Assembly (NCBI GenBank): GCA_017517745.1 | Contig: JAFWYJ010000047.1 | Span: 2,150 to 66,149, forward strand | From: Clostridia bacterium | GTDB lineage: Bacteria; Bacillota; Clostridia; Oscillospirales; CAG-272 | Direction: 5' to 3' | Length of the DNA: 64,000 nucleotides | Shown here: piece after piece, positions 36,142 to 46,369 of the stretch | Position numbering within the stretch: position 1 is the stretch's first letter | How the letters are laid out: every line of letters starts with the position of its first letter | The notes under the pieces: model-generated | Told to the model about the DNA's origin: nothing | What the model saw: only the letters and a program-made list of their open reading frames with translations | Databases searched by the model: none | Position numbers and translations under genes: made by a program

Positions 36142-36588
36142 ATGAAAGTCATTTTACTTGCAGACGTCAAGGGACAGGGAAAAAAGAACGACGTGATTGA
36201 GGTGTCCGACGGATATGCGAAGAACTTTTTGATTCCGCGCAAGCTCGCGAAGGCGGCAGACGCGCAATCGCTCAACGAGATCAAGACCAAGGAAGCGGCA
36301 AGACTTTACCGCATCGAGCAGGAAAAGCAGGAGGCGAGAGCCCTTGCAGAGCGTTTGAAGGGCATTTTGGTGAAGATCCCCGCATCGTCGGGAGCAGACG
36401 GCAGACTTTACGGAGCCATCACGTCGAAGGATATTTGCGAGCGTTTGCAGGCAGACCACGGCATTGAGATCGACAAGCGCAAGCTGGTGATGAGCGATCC
36501 GATCAAGGCGTACGGAAAATATGAGGTCGAGGTCAAGCTTTATACCGAGGTGCAGGGAAAGATCTACTTCCTCGTCTGTGAGAAATAA
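36142..36588 (+). CDS. rplI: 50S ribosomal protein L9
   Basis: MKVILLADVKGQGKKNDVIEVSDGYAKNFLIPRKLA is the canonical L9 N-terminus. Confidence 0.95.
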   Translation: MKVILLADVKGQGKKNDVIEVSDGYAKNFLIPRKLAKAADAQSLNEIKTKEAARLYRIEQEKQEARALAERLKGILVKIPASSGADGRLYGAITSKDICERLQADHGIEIDKRKLVMSDPIKAYGKYEVEVKLYTEVQGKIYFLVCEK

Positions 36589-36594
36589 GCGCGT

Positions 36595-37938
36595 ATGCAA
36601 GACGAATTGATGAAAAAACTGCCGTTTTCGATGCCCGCCGAGCAATCCCTACTCGGTTCGATCCTCATCGATCCGGCGGCTTTGGATGAGGTGGCGGATT
36701 TGCTCAACGCCGAAGATTTTTATCTTTCCGAGCACAAGCAGATCTATCTGGCAATGCGCGAGCTGTTCATGACGAACAGCGAGATCGACGTGGTGACGCT
36801 GATCGATATGCTGACCGTCAAGGGGATCTACGACAAGTCGGGTGGAGAGGATTATATCCGCACGCTGACCGAGGCGGTTCCCGACGCGCTCAACGTGAAG
36901 GATTATGCTCGCATCGTCAAGGAAAAAAGCGTGTTGCGGCAGCTGATCGGCGCTTGCAACGAGATCTCGGAAACGGCGTATTCCGAGCAGAAATCGGTTT
37001 CGAGCATTCTCGATCATGCGGAGCATCTGATCTTTGACATTGCGCAGGGACGCGATACGAAAAATTTCCAGCATATTCAGGACGTTCTGCGCGACGTCTA
37101 TCAGCATTTGCACGATCTGAACACCAACAAAGAGGCGACGCAAGGAACCCAAACCGGCTTTTCGGGACTTGACCGCGTGCTTGCGGGCATGGGAAAGAGC
37201 GATCTGGTTTTGGTCGGTGCGCGCCCCGGTATGGGTAAGACCGCGTTCGCATTGAATATTGCCACAAACGTCGCAAAGCAAACCAAGAAAGCCGTTTGCA
37301 TCTTCTCTTTGGAAATGTCTGCCAGCCAATTGGTCAGCCGTATGATTGCCAGCGAGGCACTCATTAACAGCTACGCCCTCCGCACGGGAGAGCTGAAACC
37401 CGAGGATTGGGAGCATTTGGCGAAGGCATCCGGAGAGCTGGCGGGATGCAATATTTTGATTGACGATACGGCGGGAGTGACCGTCACGGCGATGAAGGCA
37501 AAGCTGCGCCGCGTCAAGGATCTCGGTCTGGTTGTCATCGACTATCTCGGTCTGATGCAGGGAGACGGACACAAGGATAACCGCGTGCAAGAGGTCGCGG
37601 AGATCTCGCGTTCGCTCAAGATCATGGCGAAGGAACTGATGGTTCCGATCATCTGTTGCGCACAGCTGTCGCGTGGACCCGAGTCGCGTACCGATAAAAG
37701 ACCGCTGCTTTCCGATCTGCGTGACTCGGGAGCCATCGAGCAGGATGCGGATACAGTCATTTTCCTGTATCGAAGTGAATATTATAAACCCGACGAGCAG
37801 GGCAGTCAGGATACCAGCATCGCCGAGGTGATCATCGCGAAAAACCGTCACGGCTCGCCCGGAACCGTGGAAATGGGCTGGAACGGTCAGTACACCAAGT
37901 TTATTACGATTGATAAGACACAGGAAGGCAATGGATGA
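36595..37938 (+). CDS. dnaB: Replicative DNA helicase (DnaB family)
   Basis: PFSMPAEQSLLGSILIDP N-terminus, Walker A GARPGMGKT, and RecA-like C-terminal domain motifs. Confidence 0.95.
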   Translation: MQDELMKKLPFSMPAEQSLLGSILIDPAALDEVADLLNAEDFYLSEHKQIYLAMRELFMTNSEIDVVTLIDMLTVKGIYDKSGGEDYIRTLTEAVPDALNVKDYARIVKEKSVLRQLIGACNEISETAYSEQKSVSSILDHAEHLIFDIAQGRDTKNFQHIQDVLRDVYQHLHDLNTNKEATQGTQTGFSGLDRVLAGMGKSDLVLVGARPGMGKTAFALNIATNVAKQTKKAVCIFSLEMSASQLVSRMIASEALINSYALRTGELKPEDWEHLAKASGELAGCNILIDDTAGVTVTAMKAKLRRVKDLGLVVIDYLGLMQGDGHKDNRVQEVAEISRSLKIMAKELMVPIICCAQLSRGPESRTDKRPLLSDLRDSGAIEQDADTVIFLYRSEYYKPDEQGSQDTSIAEVIIAKNRHGSPGTVEMGWNGQYTKFITIDKTQEGNG

Positions 37939-39344
37939 CGAAGGATAGCTTACGGTTGCCAAGCGCGTTTTGCGCGCCTGCCGAGTTGGCGAAGCTGCCG
38001 CCCGAAACCCCCGTTTTGTTGGCGTTCTCGGGCGGAGCCGACTCACGCGCGCTCTTGCACATGCTCGCAATGCTCGCCAAGGAGCGAGGCTTTCGGTTGA
38101 CGCTCGCGCATGTCGAGCACGGAATCCGCGGAGACGCCTCGCGAAGGGATCTGGCATTTTGTCGGATGGTTGCTTCTCAATATGGGTTGGAAATCTGCAC
38201 GCTTTCCGCCGACGTTCCCGCCTTGGCGAAGGAGCGCGGCAGAGGCTTGGAGGAGACGGCGCGCGAGGTGCGATACGCCTTTTTTGACCGCTTGATGAGG
38301 GAAAAAGGAATCCCTCTGCTTGCCACGGCGCACCATGCCGACGATCAGGCGGAAACGATGCTGTTTCGGCTTTGCCGCGGAACGGGACTCGGCGGACTTT
38401 CGGGAATCGCCCCCGTCCGTCCGTTTTCGGTTGGAATGCTGACGCGTCCGCTCTTGCATCTTTCCAAACAAGAAATTTTGAATTACTGTGCCGAGCATCA
38501 ATTGGAGTTTGTAACCGACGCGACCAATTTGAATTGCGCATATGCGCGAAATCGACTCCGCGCGCAGGTGCTCCCCGTGATGGAAGAACTTTTTGAAGGA
38601 AGCGCACAGCGGATCTCGGCGACAGCCGATGCCTTGCGAGAGGACGCGCGGTTGTTGGACGAAATGGCGGCGGAAGCTTTGGCGCGGGCAAGCGTTGGCG
38701 ACGGTCTGTCGCTGGATGCCTTGCGCGCCGCACCGACACCGATCTGCCGTCGGATGCTCATTCGTTGGATTGCCGATGAGACCGGAAGAACACCGGAGCG
38801 TGTGCATATCAATGCTGTGATGAACCTGCTTTTTGAGGATGGCGCGCGGGCATGCGCGGCTTTGTCGGGCGGGACGTCTGCCGTGGCGGAGTTTGGGCGC
38901 TTGCGCTTGATTTTGGGGCGCGAGGAGCGTCCGACCGTTGACGTTGTCCCCTTGCGAGAGGGCGAAACGCTGCTCGGAAACACGGGAATTCGTGTATTGG
39001 TGCAGAAAAATACTGCCGAGAGAAAAAAAGTTCACAATTCGGATACAGAAATTGATATCAATTTAAATATAGATTCTGCTATGATAGAAAGAGGGCTTTT
39101 TTGGCGCTTCCGACGCGACGGCGATCGGCTGCTGATGAACGGAATGCACAAAAGGCTGCGCAGACTTCTTCGGGCGGCAGGAATCCCGCCGCGCCTGAGA
39201 GACAGGATTCCGTTGCTGTGTGACGGGGATGGCATCGTATGGGTGCCGTACGTCGGATTGCGGGATCACGTGGAACGTGAGGGGATCTCTTACCGCGTGT
39301 CGCTGGAGATGCCTGAGATTCCTCTTGAAAATGCAGAGGAATGA
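37935..39344 (+). CDS. tilS: tRNA(Ile)-lysidine synthetase
   Basis: PP-loop LLAFSGGADS. ATGA overlap with dnaB. Conserved tilS-hpt-ftsH order. Confidence 0.85.
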   Translation: MTKDSLRLPSAFCAPAELAKLPPETPVLLAFSGGADSRALLHMLAMLAKERGFRLTLAHVEHGIRGDASRRDLAFCRMVASQYGLEICTLSADVPALAKERGRGLEETAREVRYAFFDRLMREKGIPLLATAHHADDQAETMLFRLCRGTGLGGLSGIAPVRPFSVGMLTRPLLHLSKQEILNYCAEHQLEFVTDATNLNCAYARNRLRAQVLPVMEELFEGSAQRISATADALREDARLLDEMAAEALARASVGDGLSLDALRAAPTPICRRMLIRWIADETGRTPERVHINAVMNLLFEDGARACAALSGGTSAVAEFGRLRLILGREERPTVDVVPLREGETLLGNTGIRVLVQKNTAERKKVHNSDTEIDINLNIDSAMIERGLFWRFRRDGDRLLMNGMHKRLRRLLRAAGIPPRLRDRIPLLCDGDGIVWVPYVGLRDHVEREGISYRVSLEMPEIPLENAEE

Positions 39345-39360
39345 TAAAAGAAAGGAAATC

Positions 39361-39936
39361 ATGACCACCATGTATTGTATGGAACAGGACGTCGAACAGA
39401 TTTTGTTTGACAAAAACGAATTGAATGAGATTTGCGACCGATTGGCGGCGCAGATCACCGAGACCTACCGCGACAGCGGAAGAGAGTTGGTATTCATTGT
39501 CGTGCTGAAGGGATCGATGTTTTTTGCATCCGATCTTCTCAGCCGCATTCCCTTGGCGTGTGAAATCGAATTTATGAAGGTCTCCTCCTATGGCTCGGCA
39601 ACCGAGACCTCGGGAAATCTTCAGATCCATTTGGACCTCAAGCGTGACGTGCGCGATGCCGACGTGGTGGTGCTGGAGGATATTGTTGACAGCGGCAGAA
39701 CGCTGAGCAAATTGACGGCATTGCTTTCCGATCGCGGTGCCAACAGCGTGAGATGTTGCACGCTGTTGGATAAACCCGAACGCCGTCAGGTCGCATTTGA
39801 CGCGGATTACGTGGGGGCTGAAATTCCCGATGCATTTGTGATTGGATACGGTCTTGACTATGCTGAGACATACCGCAATCTTCCATACGTTGGCATTCTG
39901 AAGCCGACGGTATATACTACATCAGACGAATCTTAA
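39361..39936 (+). CDS. hpt: Hypoxanthine phosphoribosyltransferase
   Basis: PRPP-binding motif VVVLEDIVDSGRTL. AGGAAA RBS precedes the ATG at 39361; the ORF track extends to 39220. Confidence 0.9.
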   Translation: MTTMYCMEQDVEQILFDKNELNEICDRLAAQITETYRDSGRELVFIVVLKGSMFFASDLLSRIPLACEIEFMKVSSYGSATETSGNLQIHLDLKRDVRDADVVVLEDIVDSGRTLSKLTALLSDRGANSVRCCTLLDKPERRQVAFDADYVGAEIPDAFVIGYGLDYAETYRNLPYVGILKPTVYTTSDES

Positions 39937-39954
39937 TGAAAACGGAGGAAATCC

Positions 39955-42006
39955 ATGAAAAAGCGAAGTTTTCTTCATGAAATCCTGTTTTATATTGTGA
40001 TATTGGTGGCAATTGTCATCGTGCTTTCAACGCTCTTCAACGATGCCAATCAGAAGGAGCCGCTGACCTATGACGATATTCTCAGGTATTTTGACAACAA
40101 GCAGGTCACTGAGGTGATCGTTACCGAGGATAACAAACTGATCCTGACGGTGATGGTCGAGGGATCGCCGACAAAGGTCGAGTATCAGCTTCGAAGCTTT
40201 GACGTGTTCTATTATGATCTGAGCAGTGTGATCAACGAGCAGATCAAGGAGGGTGTGATCACCAAGTATGAGCCTCAGCCTCCGACCAAGATCCCCGTCT
40301 GGGTGAGCTGGCTTCCCGTGATCCTGATCGTTTTGGTTTTCGTCATTCTGTATTTTGTCGCGATGCGTCAGGCAAGTGGCAAGGGCGGCGGAAAATTCAA
40401 TTCGTTTGGCAAGGCGCGTGTGAAGGTGCCGAGCGGCAACGATAAAAACAAGGTTCTCTTCCGCGACGTTGCGGGTGCGGATGAGGAAAAGGAAGAGCTG
40501 GTCGAGATCGTGGAGTTCCTCAAGGATCCCTCCAAGTTCACCAAGCTCGGCGCAAAGATCCCGCACGGCGTGCTTTTGCAGGGCCCTCCCGGAACGGGTA
40601 AGACGTTGCTCGCGAAGGCGGTTGCCGGAGAGGCGGGCGTGCCGTTCTATTCGATCTCCGGATCGGATTTTGTGGAAATGTACGTGGGTGTCGGCGCATC
40701 CCGTGTGCGCGATCTGTTTGAGACGGCGCGCAAGTCTCCCGCCGCGATCATCTTCATTGACGAGATCGACGCTGTGGGACGTCACCGCGGAGCAGGACTT
40801 GGCGGCGGACATGACGAAAGAGAGCAGACGCTCAACCAATTGCTGGTGGAAATGGACGGTTTCGGCTCGCATGACGGCATCATTGTGATGGCGGCAACCA
40901 ACCGCCCCGACATTCTCGACCCCGCGCTTCTGCGCCCGGGACGCTTTGACCGTCAGGTCACGGTGAACTATCCCGACATCAGGGGCAGAGAAGAGATCCT
41001 GAAGGTTCACGCGCGCAACAAGCCGATGGAATCGGGTGTTGATTTCCACAAGATCGCGCAGTCGACCGTGGGCTTTACGGGCGCGGATCTTGCCAATCTG
41101 TTGAACGAGGCGGCACTTGCTGCTGCGAAGAAGAACAAATCACTGATCGGTATGGATGACATCGAGGACGCCTACATGAAGGAGCTTCTCGGCCCTCAGA
41201 AAAAGTCGCGCATCCGTTCCGAGAAGGAGAACAAGCTGACGGCATATCACGAGGCGGGACACGCGGTGGTTTCCTATTATTGCAAGAACACCGATCCCGT
41301 CAAGCTGATCACCATCATTCCCGCAGGCAGAGCCGGCGGTGTGACCGTCAGCCGTCCCGAAGACGACAAGCATTACGCGACGCGCGACGGCATGCTGGAT
41401 GATATTCGCATGAGCCTTGGCGGACGCGTTGCCGAGGAATTGATCATGGATGACATCTCCACGGGCGCGTCGGGCGATATTCAGCAGGCAACGCAAATGG
41501 CGCGCGGCATGGTTACGCGCTACGGCATGAGCGACAAGCTGGGTATGGTTCTGTACGGTTCTGGTCACGCCGAGGTCTTCCTTGGCAGAGATTACGGAAC
41601 GGGCAAGGAATATTCCGAGCAGACCGCTGCCGCGATCGACGAGGAGATCCAGCGCATCATCGGAGAGTGCCATGATGACGCGAAGGCGATTCTTTCCGAG
41701 CACATCGACAAGCTGCACTTTGTGGCACAGTATCTCTTGAAGCACGAGAGCATGGACGGCGATCAGTTCGAGGCTGCCATGAAGGACGGTGCGACCGAGG
41801 AGGATCTGCTTGCGATTGCCGAGCAGAAGGCAGAGCAGAGCCGCCGCGATAACGAGGCGCGTGCCGCCGAGGAACAGGCGAAAGAGGAAGAGGCAAGACG
41901 TGCCGCAGATCCGGAGAACGCCGAGCAAGTGCCGACGGATGACGCGGGAGACTTCTATGAACCTGCCGACAAAACCGATTCGGCGGATGATGCCGATCAA
42001 AATTGA
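39955..42006 (+). CDS. ftsH: ATP-dependent zinc metalloprotease FtsH
   Basis: AAA+ Walker [12 protein letters not shown] region, and zinc motif HEAGHAV. Confidence 0.95.
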   Translation: MKKRSFLHEILFYIVILVAIVIVLSTLFNDANQKEPLTYDDILRYFDNKQVTEVIVTEDNKLILTVMVEGSPTKVEYQLRSFDVFYYDLSSVINEQIKEGVITKYEPQPPTKIPVWVSWLPVILIVLVFVILYFVAMRQASGKGGGKFNSFGKARVKVPSGNDKNKVLFRDVAGADEEKEELVEIVEFLKDPSKFTKLGAKIPHGVLLQGPPGTGKTLLAKAVAGEAGVPFYSISGSDFVEMYVGVGASRVRDLFETARKSPAAIIFIDEIDAVGRHRGAGLGGGHDEREQTLNQLLVEMDGFGSHDGIIVMAATNRPDILDPALLRPGRFDRQVTVNYPDIRGREEILKVHARNKPMESGVDFHKIAQSTVGFTGADLANLLNEAALAAAKKNKSLIGMDDIEDAYMKELLGPQKKSRIRSEKENKLTAYHEAGHAVVSYYCKNTDPVKLITIIPAGRAGGVTVSRPEDDKHYATRDGMLDDIRMSLGGRVAEELIMDDISTGASGDIQQATQMARGMVTRYGMSDKLGMVLYGSGHAEVFLGRDYGTGKEYSEQTAAAIDEEIQRIIGECHDDAKAILSEHIDKLHFVAQYLLKHESMDGDQFEAAMKDGATEEDLLAIAEQKAEQSRRDNEARAAEEQAKEEEARRAADPENAEQVPTDDAGDFYEPADKTDSADDADQN

Positions 42007-42026
42007 TTGCTTCCGAGAAACAAAGA

Positions 42027-42052
42027 GGGGAAGGGATGAAAATCCCTTCCCC
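42027..42052 (+). terminator. Stem-loop after ftsH
   Basis: GGGGAAGGGA / TCCCTTCCCC stem. The T-run is weak. Confidence 0.45.
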
Positions 42053-42228
42053 TAAAATGTTGTTGAAAAGTGTTGGGAGATGTTGATTTTGTTGCGCTGA
42101 TATGCTATAATAAAGGGCGGTCAACCGTCATGGAAACCAACGGTCGGGCGGATTCCACTGTCGGTCGGTTGATTTGGGTATGATTTTGTGATAGAATAGA
42201 GATATCAAATATACGGGAGGATGAAGAC

Positions 42229-42636
42229 GTGATGGAAGAGAGCTTTGGAAAAACGATTGCGGCATTGCGCCGAGAGAAGAATATGACACAAGCGGAGCTG
42301 GCGGAACGGATGGGCGTGACCGACAAAGCGGTTTCCAAATGGGAGCGCGATTTGTCCTATCCCGACACGGCGTCGTTGCCGCGCCTTGCCGAGGTGCTGG
42401 GCGTGACGATCGACGAATTGATGCTGGCAAACGGAGAGGCGGCGAGGCCCGAGAAGAGTGAGCTTCGAGACGTCACGCTCCTGGTGTGCAAATCGGTCGC
42501 GCTTGCCATGGGCATCTGTGTGACGGTTTTGTCCTTTTTGGGAAAGATTGAAATCACGTCCGCCATCACCATGCTCGGCATTGGTTTGACCGCGCTCGCC
42601 ATGACCTCGTTCGTGGGGAAGCATAAGAACAACTGA
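42229..42636 (+). CDS. XRE-family HTH protein with C-terminal membrane anchor
   Basis: HTH MTQAELAERMGVTDKAVSKWERD, then two hydrophobic segments. Confidence 0.7.
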   Translation: MMEESFGKTIAALRREKNMTQAELAERMGVTDKAVSKWERDLSYPDTASLPRLAEVLGVTIDELMLANGEAARPEKSELRDVTLLVCKSVALAMGICVTVLSFLGKIEITSAITMLGIGLTALAMTSFVGKHKNN

Positions 42637-42700
42637 GCGCGTAAAAAAGAACCGCCAAGGGGTACCTTCCATAAAGCAGGTTTAACCTGCCGCAAAACCA

Positions 42701-42736
42701 AAGGAGTACGAGCATTTTGTTCGTACTCCTTTTGCT
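42701..42736 (+). terminator. Intrinsic terminator
   Basis: AAGGAGTACGA / TCGTACTCCTT stem followed by TTGC. Confidence 0.6.
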
Positions 42737-42755
42737 TACTGTCGGGCGGTAATGA

Positions 42756-42879
42756 GCCTCCCTTGTGTAAAGGGAGGTGGCACGGCTTGCCGTGACGGAG
42801 GGATTGTAAAATGTTAGATTTTCACTCAAAACAATCCCTCAGCCGCCTTCGGCGTCAGCTCCCTTTACACAAGGGAGCC
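42756..42879. repeat. Compound palindromic element, about 125 bp (REP/MITE-like)
   Basis: The left arm at 42756..42807 and the right arm at 42831..42879 are inverted copies. CTCCCTTGTGTAAAGGGAG and GGAGGGATTGT are shared. Each arm also contains its own small hairpins. Confidence 0.8.
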
Positions 42880-42976
42880 TTTCTTTCTTTATATTCATCT
42901 ATGCCTTATCAATTTTCCTGACAAGCACTGCTTTTGTGGACACAAAGCGAAGCCCCGCGAGAAGCGGGGCAAGAAT

Positions 42977-44035
42977 TTATTCTTCAAAAAGTTCTGAATA
43001 TTCTTTGTAATTACGAATTGTATCAAAGATTTTTCTGTTACACAATTCCTTAATATCATCTAAAAGGGTAGTGTTTCCGGTGTGACTCCATTTTCGGGTA
43101 TCAATTGTCACTTTGTTAAAAAGAGGTGCTGTATAAGCATATTCACCGGGAGATATACTATCCAACAAATCATATTCTCTTGCATGATAGATTGCCTTTT
43201 TTAGAAGATTTATTGCTTCATTAGTACGATGTTCCTTTGCTTCCATTTCAGCCTTGCGGAATTGTATATGTGCCATTTCATAATGAAATCCGCAGTAGTT
43301 TTCATCGGGTATCATAGCTTCAATAATTTTTTCTGCAACTATACAAGTGTATTTGTTTTCAGCGACTCCGTCCCACAAAAGTGTACGAACCAAAACTTGC
43401 AAATACCCTCCCAAATAATGCTGCTTGTGTTTGACTTGTTCTTCTCCTTCCAAACACATTCCGAGCAATTTGTCTTTATCGGAAGGAATAATTTTGGCTT
43501 CAGGGAATAAATTAACATACTTTTTTGCTTCTTTTTTACACCCCTTGTTGCACAAGCATTGTACAATTCCCGTAATTGCATTTGCTTTGGTTTCGTTCTT
43601 GTCTGTGTTTTCAATAACGGTATCAAATAACTTGATTGCTTTCTCACGTTCATCTTCGTAGGATTCTCCTATGGCGCGGCACCAAACCGTCCACGCATAC
43701 TTATTTAACCACTCCATATCACCTGGATATTCTTTTACTGCGGTTTCACACACATTCAATCGTGCAAGCATATCCCCATTTTTAAAGGTTTCGTCATAAT
43801 CCGCATTCAATTTCGAGTAACGCATATCATTGTTTTCAGGAATGGCTCCAAGCAACTCGTCGGTGGTAACGTTCAAAAGTTTTGCTAATGGAACAATCAA
43901 TGAAAGGTCGGGGCTTGACAAACCACACTCCCATTTAGAAACAGCTTGATACGATACGCAAAGATAATCAGCCAGTTTTTCTTGTGTTAAATCATTCTTT
44001 TTTCTTAATTGTTTAATTCTTTCACCAATCATCAT
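42977..44035 (-). CDS. XRE-family HTH regulator with TPR-like helical C-terminal domain (AT-rich gene)
   Basis: HTH LTQEKLADYLCVSYQAVSKWECG, followed by about 280 aa of helical repeats. Confidence 0.7.
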   Translation of the reverse strand: MMIGERIKQLRKKNDLTQEKLADYLCVSYQAVSKWECGLSSPDLSLIVPLAKLLNVTTDELLGAIPENNDMRYSKLNADYDETFKNGDMLARLNVCETAVKEYPGDMEWLNKYAWTVWCRAIGESYEDEREKAIKLFDTVIENTDKNETKANAITGIVQCLCNKGCKKEAKKYVNLFPEAKIIPSDKDKLLGMCLEGEEQVKHKQHYLGGYLQVLVRTLLWDGVAENKYTCIVAEKIIEAMIPDENYCGFHYEMAHIQFRKAEMEAKEHRTNEAINLLKKAIYHAREYDLLDSISPGEYAYTAPLFNKVTIDTRKWSHTGNTTLLDDIKELCNRKIFDTIRNYKEYSELFEE

Positions 44036-44151
44036 AAATTCACCTCGTAAAAATAATTGAATCCGGATTCTGTATTTATTATAGCATACACCCCAAAGTA
44101 ATACAATAACTTGTTTTTCGACCTAAATGCAACCACCGGTTGAGTTTGCGA

Positions 44152-44188
44152 ACAAAAAAATAGCGTACCTGCTTTATCGCAGGTACGC
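44152..44188 (-). terminator. Intrinsic terminator of the rubrerythrin gene
   Basis: GCGTACCTGC / GCAGGTACGC stem, followed on the minus strand by TTTTTTT. Confidence 0.7.
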
Positions 44189-44208
44189 CAACGGCGGTTC
44201 TTTTTTGA

Positions 44209-44865
44209 TCAATAGTTTTCTGCGTGGATCTCGAAATAGCTCTGAGGATGTGCGCAGGTGGGGCAGATCTCGGGTGCCTTGGTGCCAACCACGATGTGAC
44301 CGCAGTTGCGGCATTCCCAAACCTTGACCTCGCTCTTTTCAAAGACCTGTGCGGTCTCGACGTTCTTGAGCAGTGCGCGGTAACGCTCCTCGTGTTGCTT
44401 TTCAATTGCGGCAACCAGGCGGAACTTCTTTGCCAATTCGGTGAAGCCCTCCTCATCGGCGGTCTTTGCAAAGCCTTCGTACATATCGGTCCACTCGTAG
44501 TTTTCGCCCTCTGCGGCGTGGAGAAGGTTTTGTGCGGTGTCACCAATGCCAGCCAGCTCCTTGAACCACAGCTTTGCGTGCTCTTTTTCATTGTCCGCGG
44601 TCTTGAGGAAGAGCGCAGCAATCTGCTCGTAGCCCTCCTTCTTTGCGACGGACGCAAAGTAGGTGTACTTGTTTCTTGCCTGCGACTCACCCGCGAAGGC
44701 GGCCTCGAGATTCTTTTCGGTCTGCGTGCCGGCATACTTGGTCTTGGGGGACTCGGCGATCACCTCCAGCTTGTCGCCGGAAACGTGACATACGGGGCAG
44801 ATGACCTCGGTGCCCTCGGGAAGCTCAAACTCTGCCTTGCAGACCTTGCAACGGTATTTTTTCAT
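44209..44865 (-). CDS. Rubrerythrin-family protein with rubredoxin-like Cys4 motifs at both termini
   Basis: N-terminal CKVC...CPVC, a ferritin-like diiron core (E..H motifs), and C-terminal CRNC...CPTC. Confidence 0.85.
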   Translation of the reverse strand: MKKYRCKVCKAEFELPEGTEVICPVCHVSGDKLEVIAESPKTKYAGTQTEKNLEAAFAGESQARNKYTYFASVAKKEGYEQIAALFLKTADNEKEHAKLWFKELAGIGDTAQNLLHAAEGENYEWTDMYEGFAKTADEEGFTELAKKFRLVAAIEKQHEERYRALLKNVETAQVFEKSEVKVWECRNCGHIVVGTKAPEICPTCAHPQSYFEIHAENY

Positions 44866-44976
44866 GACGGTTTCTCCTTTTTATTTTGATTTTAATTTTA
44901 CAGTATTTAGTATTCTCATTATATCATGAAATAATTTCCGTTTCAAGAGTTTTTTGAAATTCTTTTTTTAATTCTC

Positions 44977-45005
44977 TTGCAAATCCGAGGCGAAAATGTT
45001 ATAAT
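44977..45005 (+). promoter_or_regulatory. Sigma-A promoter of the MFS-GH2 operon
   Basis: TTGCAA (44977-44982), 17 nt spacer, TATAAT (45000-45005) with a TG-extended -10. Confidence 0.5.
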
Positions 45006-45034
45006 GCAAGCAGAAAGCGTTTTAGGAGATTGCT

Positions 45035-46369
45035 ATGAAAGAATTTTTTGGAAAAAGAAGCTGGTTGATCCTGCTTTTGTTCGGTCTTGTGGGACAGATC
45101 TCATGGTCGGTGGAGAACATGTATTTCAACCTGTTCGTCTTCGAGACGGTCTCTCCCGATCTGGACGCCGTTACGTTGATGGTACAGCTCTCGGGCATCG
45201 TCGCGACGCTGACGACGCTGGTCGCGGGGACGCTGTCTGACAAGCTCGGAAACCGCCGCTCCTTTATTTCGATCGGTTATCTGATCTGGGGTGTGAGCGT
45301 GGGCGCGTTTGGCTTTATGAAGGTGGATACGGTGCAGGCGCTGCTCGGGACCGACGCAGCGCGCGCCGTCGCGATCACGCTCGTCGCCGTCATCGTGGGT
45401 GACTGCGTGATGACGCTCTTCGGCTCGACTGCCAACGACGCGGCGTTCAACGCGTGGGTGACCGACAATACCCATTCCTCTTATCGCGGACGCGTGGAGG
45501 GCGTTTTGTCGATCCTTCCTCTCGTTGCCATGCTGATCGTCGCGGGCGGCTTTGGGATCCTCGTGGAATTTGTCGGCTATCAAGGGCTCTTTTTGGGGCT
45601 TGGCACCGTGATCTCGCTTTGCGGTCTGCTCGGACTGTTCCTCGTCAAGGACAGCACGGAGCTGAAAAAGCAAGGCACGCTGAAGGACCTTTTTTACGGC
45701 TTCCGTCCCTCGGTCATTCGCAAGCTTCCGCCGCTCTATCTGACGCTTTGTCTCATTGGAATCTACGGCATCGCTTGTCAGATCTTCATGCCGTATCTGA
45801 TTATTTATATGAAGACCTATCTCGGCTTTTCGACCGTCGAATACAGCGTGGTGTTCGGGCTCGCCATCATTCTGGGCGCGGTGTTGAACCTCTTTTTGGG
45901 CGGTGTTTCCGACAAGAAAGACAAGGTCGGGCTGACGTATTTTGCGGCGGCGATCCTTTCCGCGGGGCTTTTGGGCATGTTCTTTGCCAACACGGGCAAC
46001 AAGAACGCCGATCTCGTGCTGTTCGGTGTGGCGGGATTTGTGATGATCACAGGCTATATCTTCGTGTCGGCGCTTTGCGGCGCGCTGGTCAGGGATTATA
46101 CCCCGACGGGAGATGCCGGAAAGCTGCAGGGCGTGCGCATGATCTTCAGCGTTTTGATCCCGATGCTCGTCGGTCCGATGATCGGTAACGCCATCAACCG
46201 CTCGGCGGCGATCCCGCTGCCCGATCTCGGCAGTGCCGATGCGATGACCACGCTCTATATTCCCGCACCCGCGATCTTTCTGGCGGGCGCGATCGCCACA
46301 CTTTTGATGTTTGCCTTGATCCCGCTTTTGGCACGTGCGGTGAAGAGGGGAAGGGAAGAGACGAAATGA
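45035..46369 (+). CDS. MFS transporter (glycoside/cation symporter-like)
   Basis: 444 aa with about 12 TM segments. ATGA overlap with the downstream GH2 gene. Confidence 0.75.
   Translation: MKEFFGKRSWLILLLFGLVGQISWSVENMYFNLFVFETVSPDLDAVTLMVQLSGIVATLTTLVAGTLSDKLGNRRSFISIGYLIWGVSVGAFGFMKVDTVQALLGTDAARAVAITLVAVIVGDCVMTLFGSTANDAAFNAWVTDNTHSSYRGRVEGVLSILPLVAMLIVAGGFGILVEFVGYQGLFLGLGTVISLCGLLGLFLVKDSTELKKQGTLKDLFYGFRPSVIRKLPPLYLTLCLIGIYGIACQIFMPYLIIYMKTYLGFSTVEYSVVFGLAIILGAVLNLFLGGVSDKKDKVGLTYFAAAILSAGLLGMFFANTGNKNADLVLFGVAGFVMITGYIFVSALCGALVRDYTPTGDAGKLQGVRMIFSVLIPMLVGPMIGNAINRSAAIPLPDLGSADAMTTLYIPAPAIFLAGAIATLLMFALIPLLARAVKRGREETK

Noticed and set aside
36649-38739. 696-aa minus-strand ORF antisense to dnaB and tilS
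   Set aside because: It spans two well-supported plus-strand genes. The sequence is Arg/Pro-rich and low-complexity, so it is judged spurious.
42061-42228. Possible riboswitch or leader between a promoter-like TTGTTG...TATAAT and the HTH-TM gene start
   Set aside because: It contains only short inverted repeats (GTCAACCG...CGGTTGA) and duplicated CGGTCGG. It does not resemble any riboswitch class I can recognise, and a second -10-like element nearer the gene makes a long leader unnecessary.
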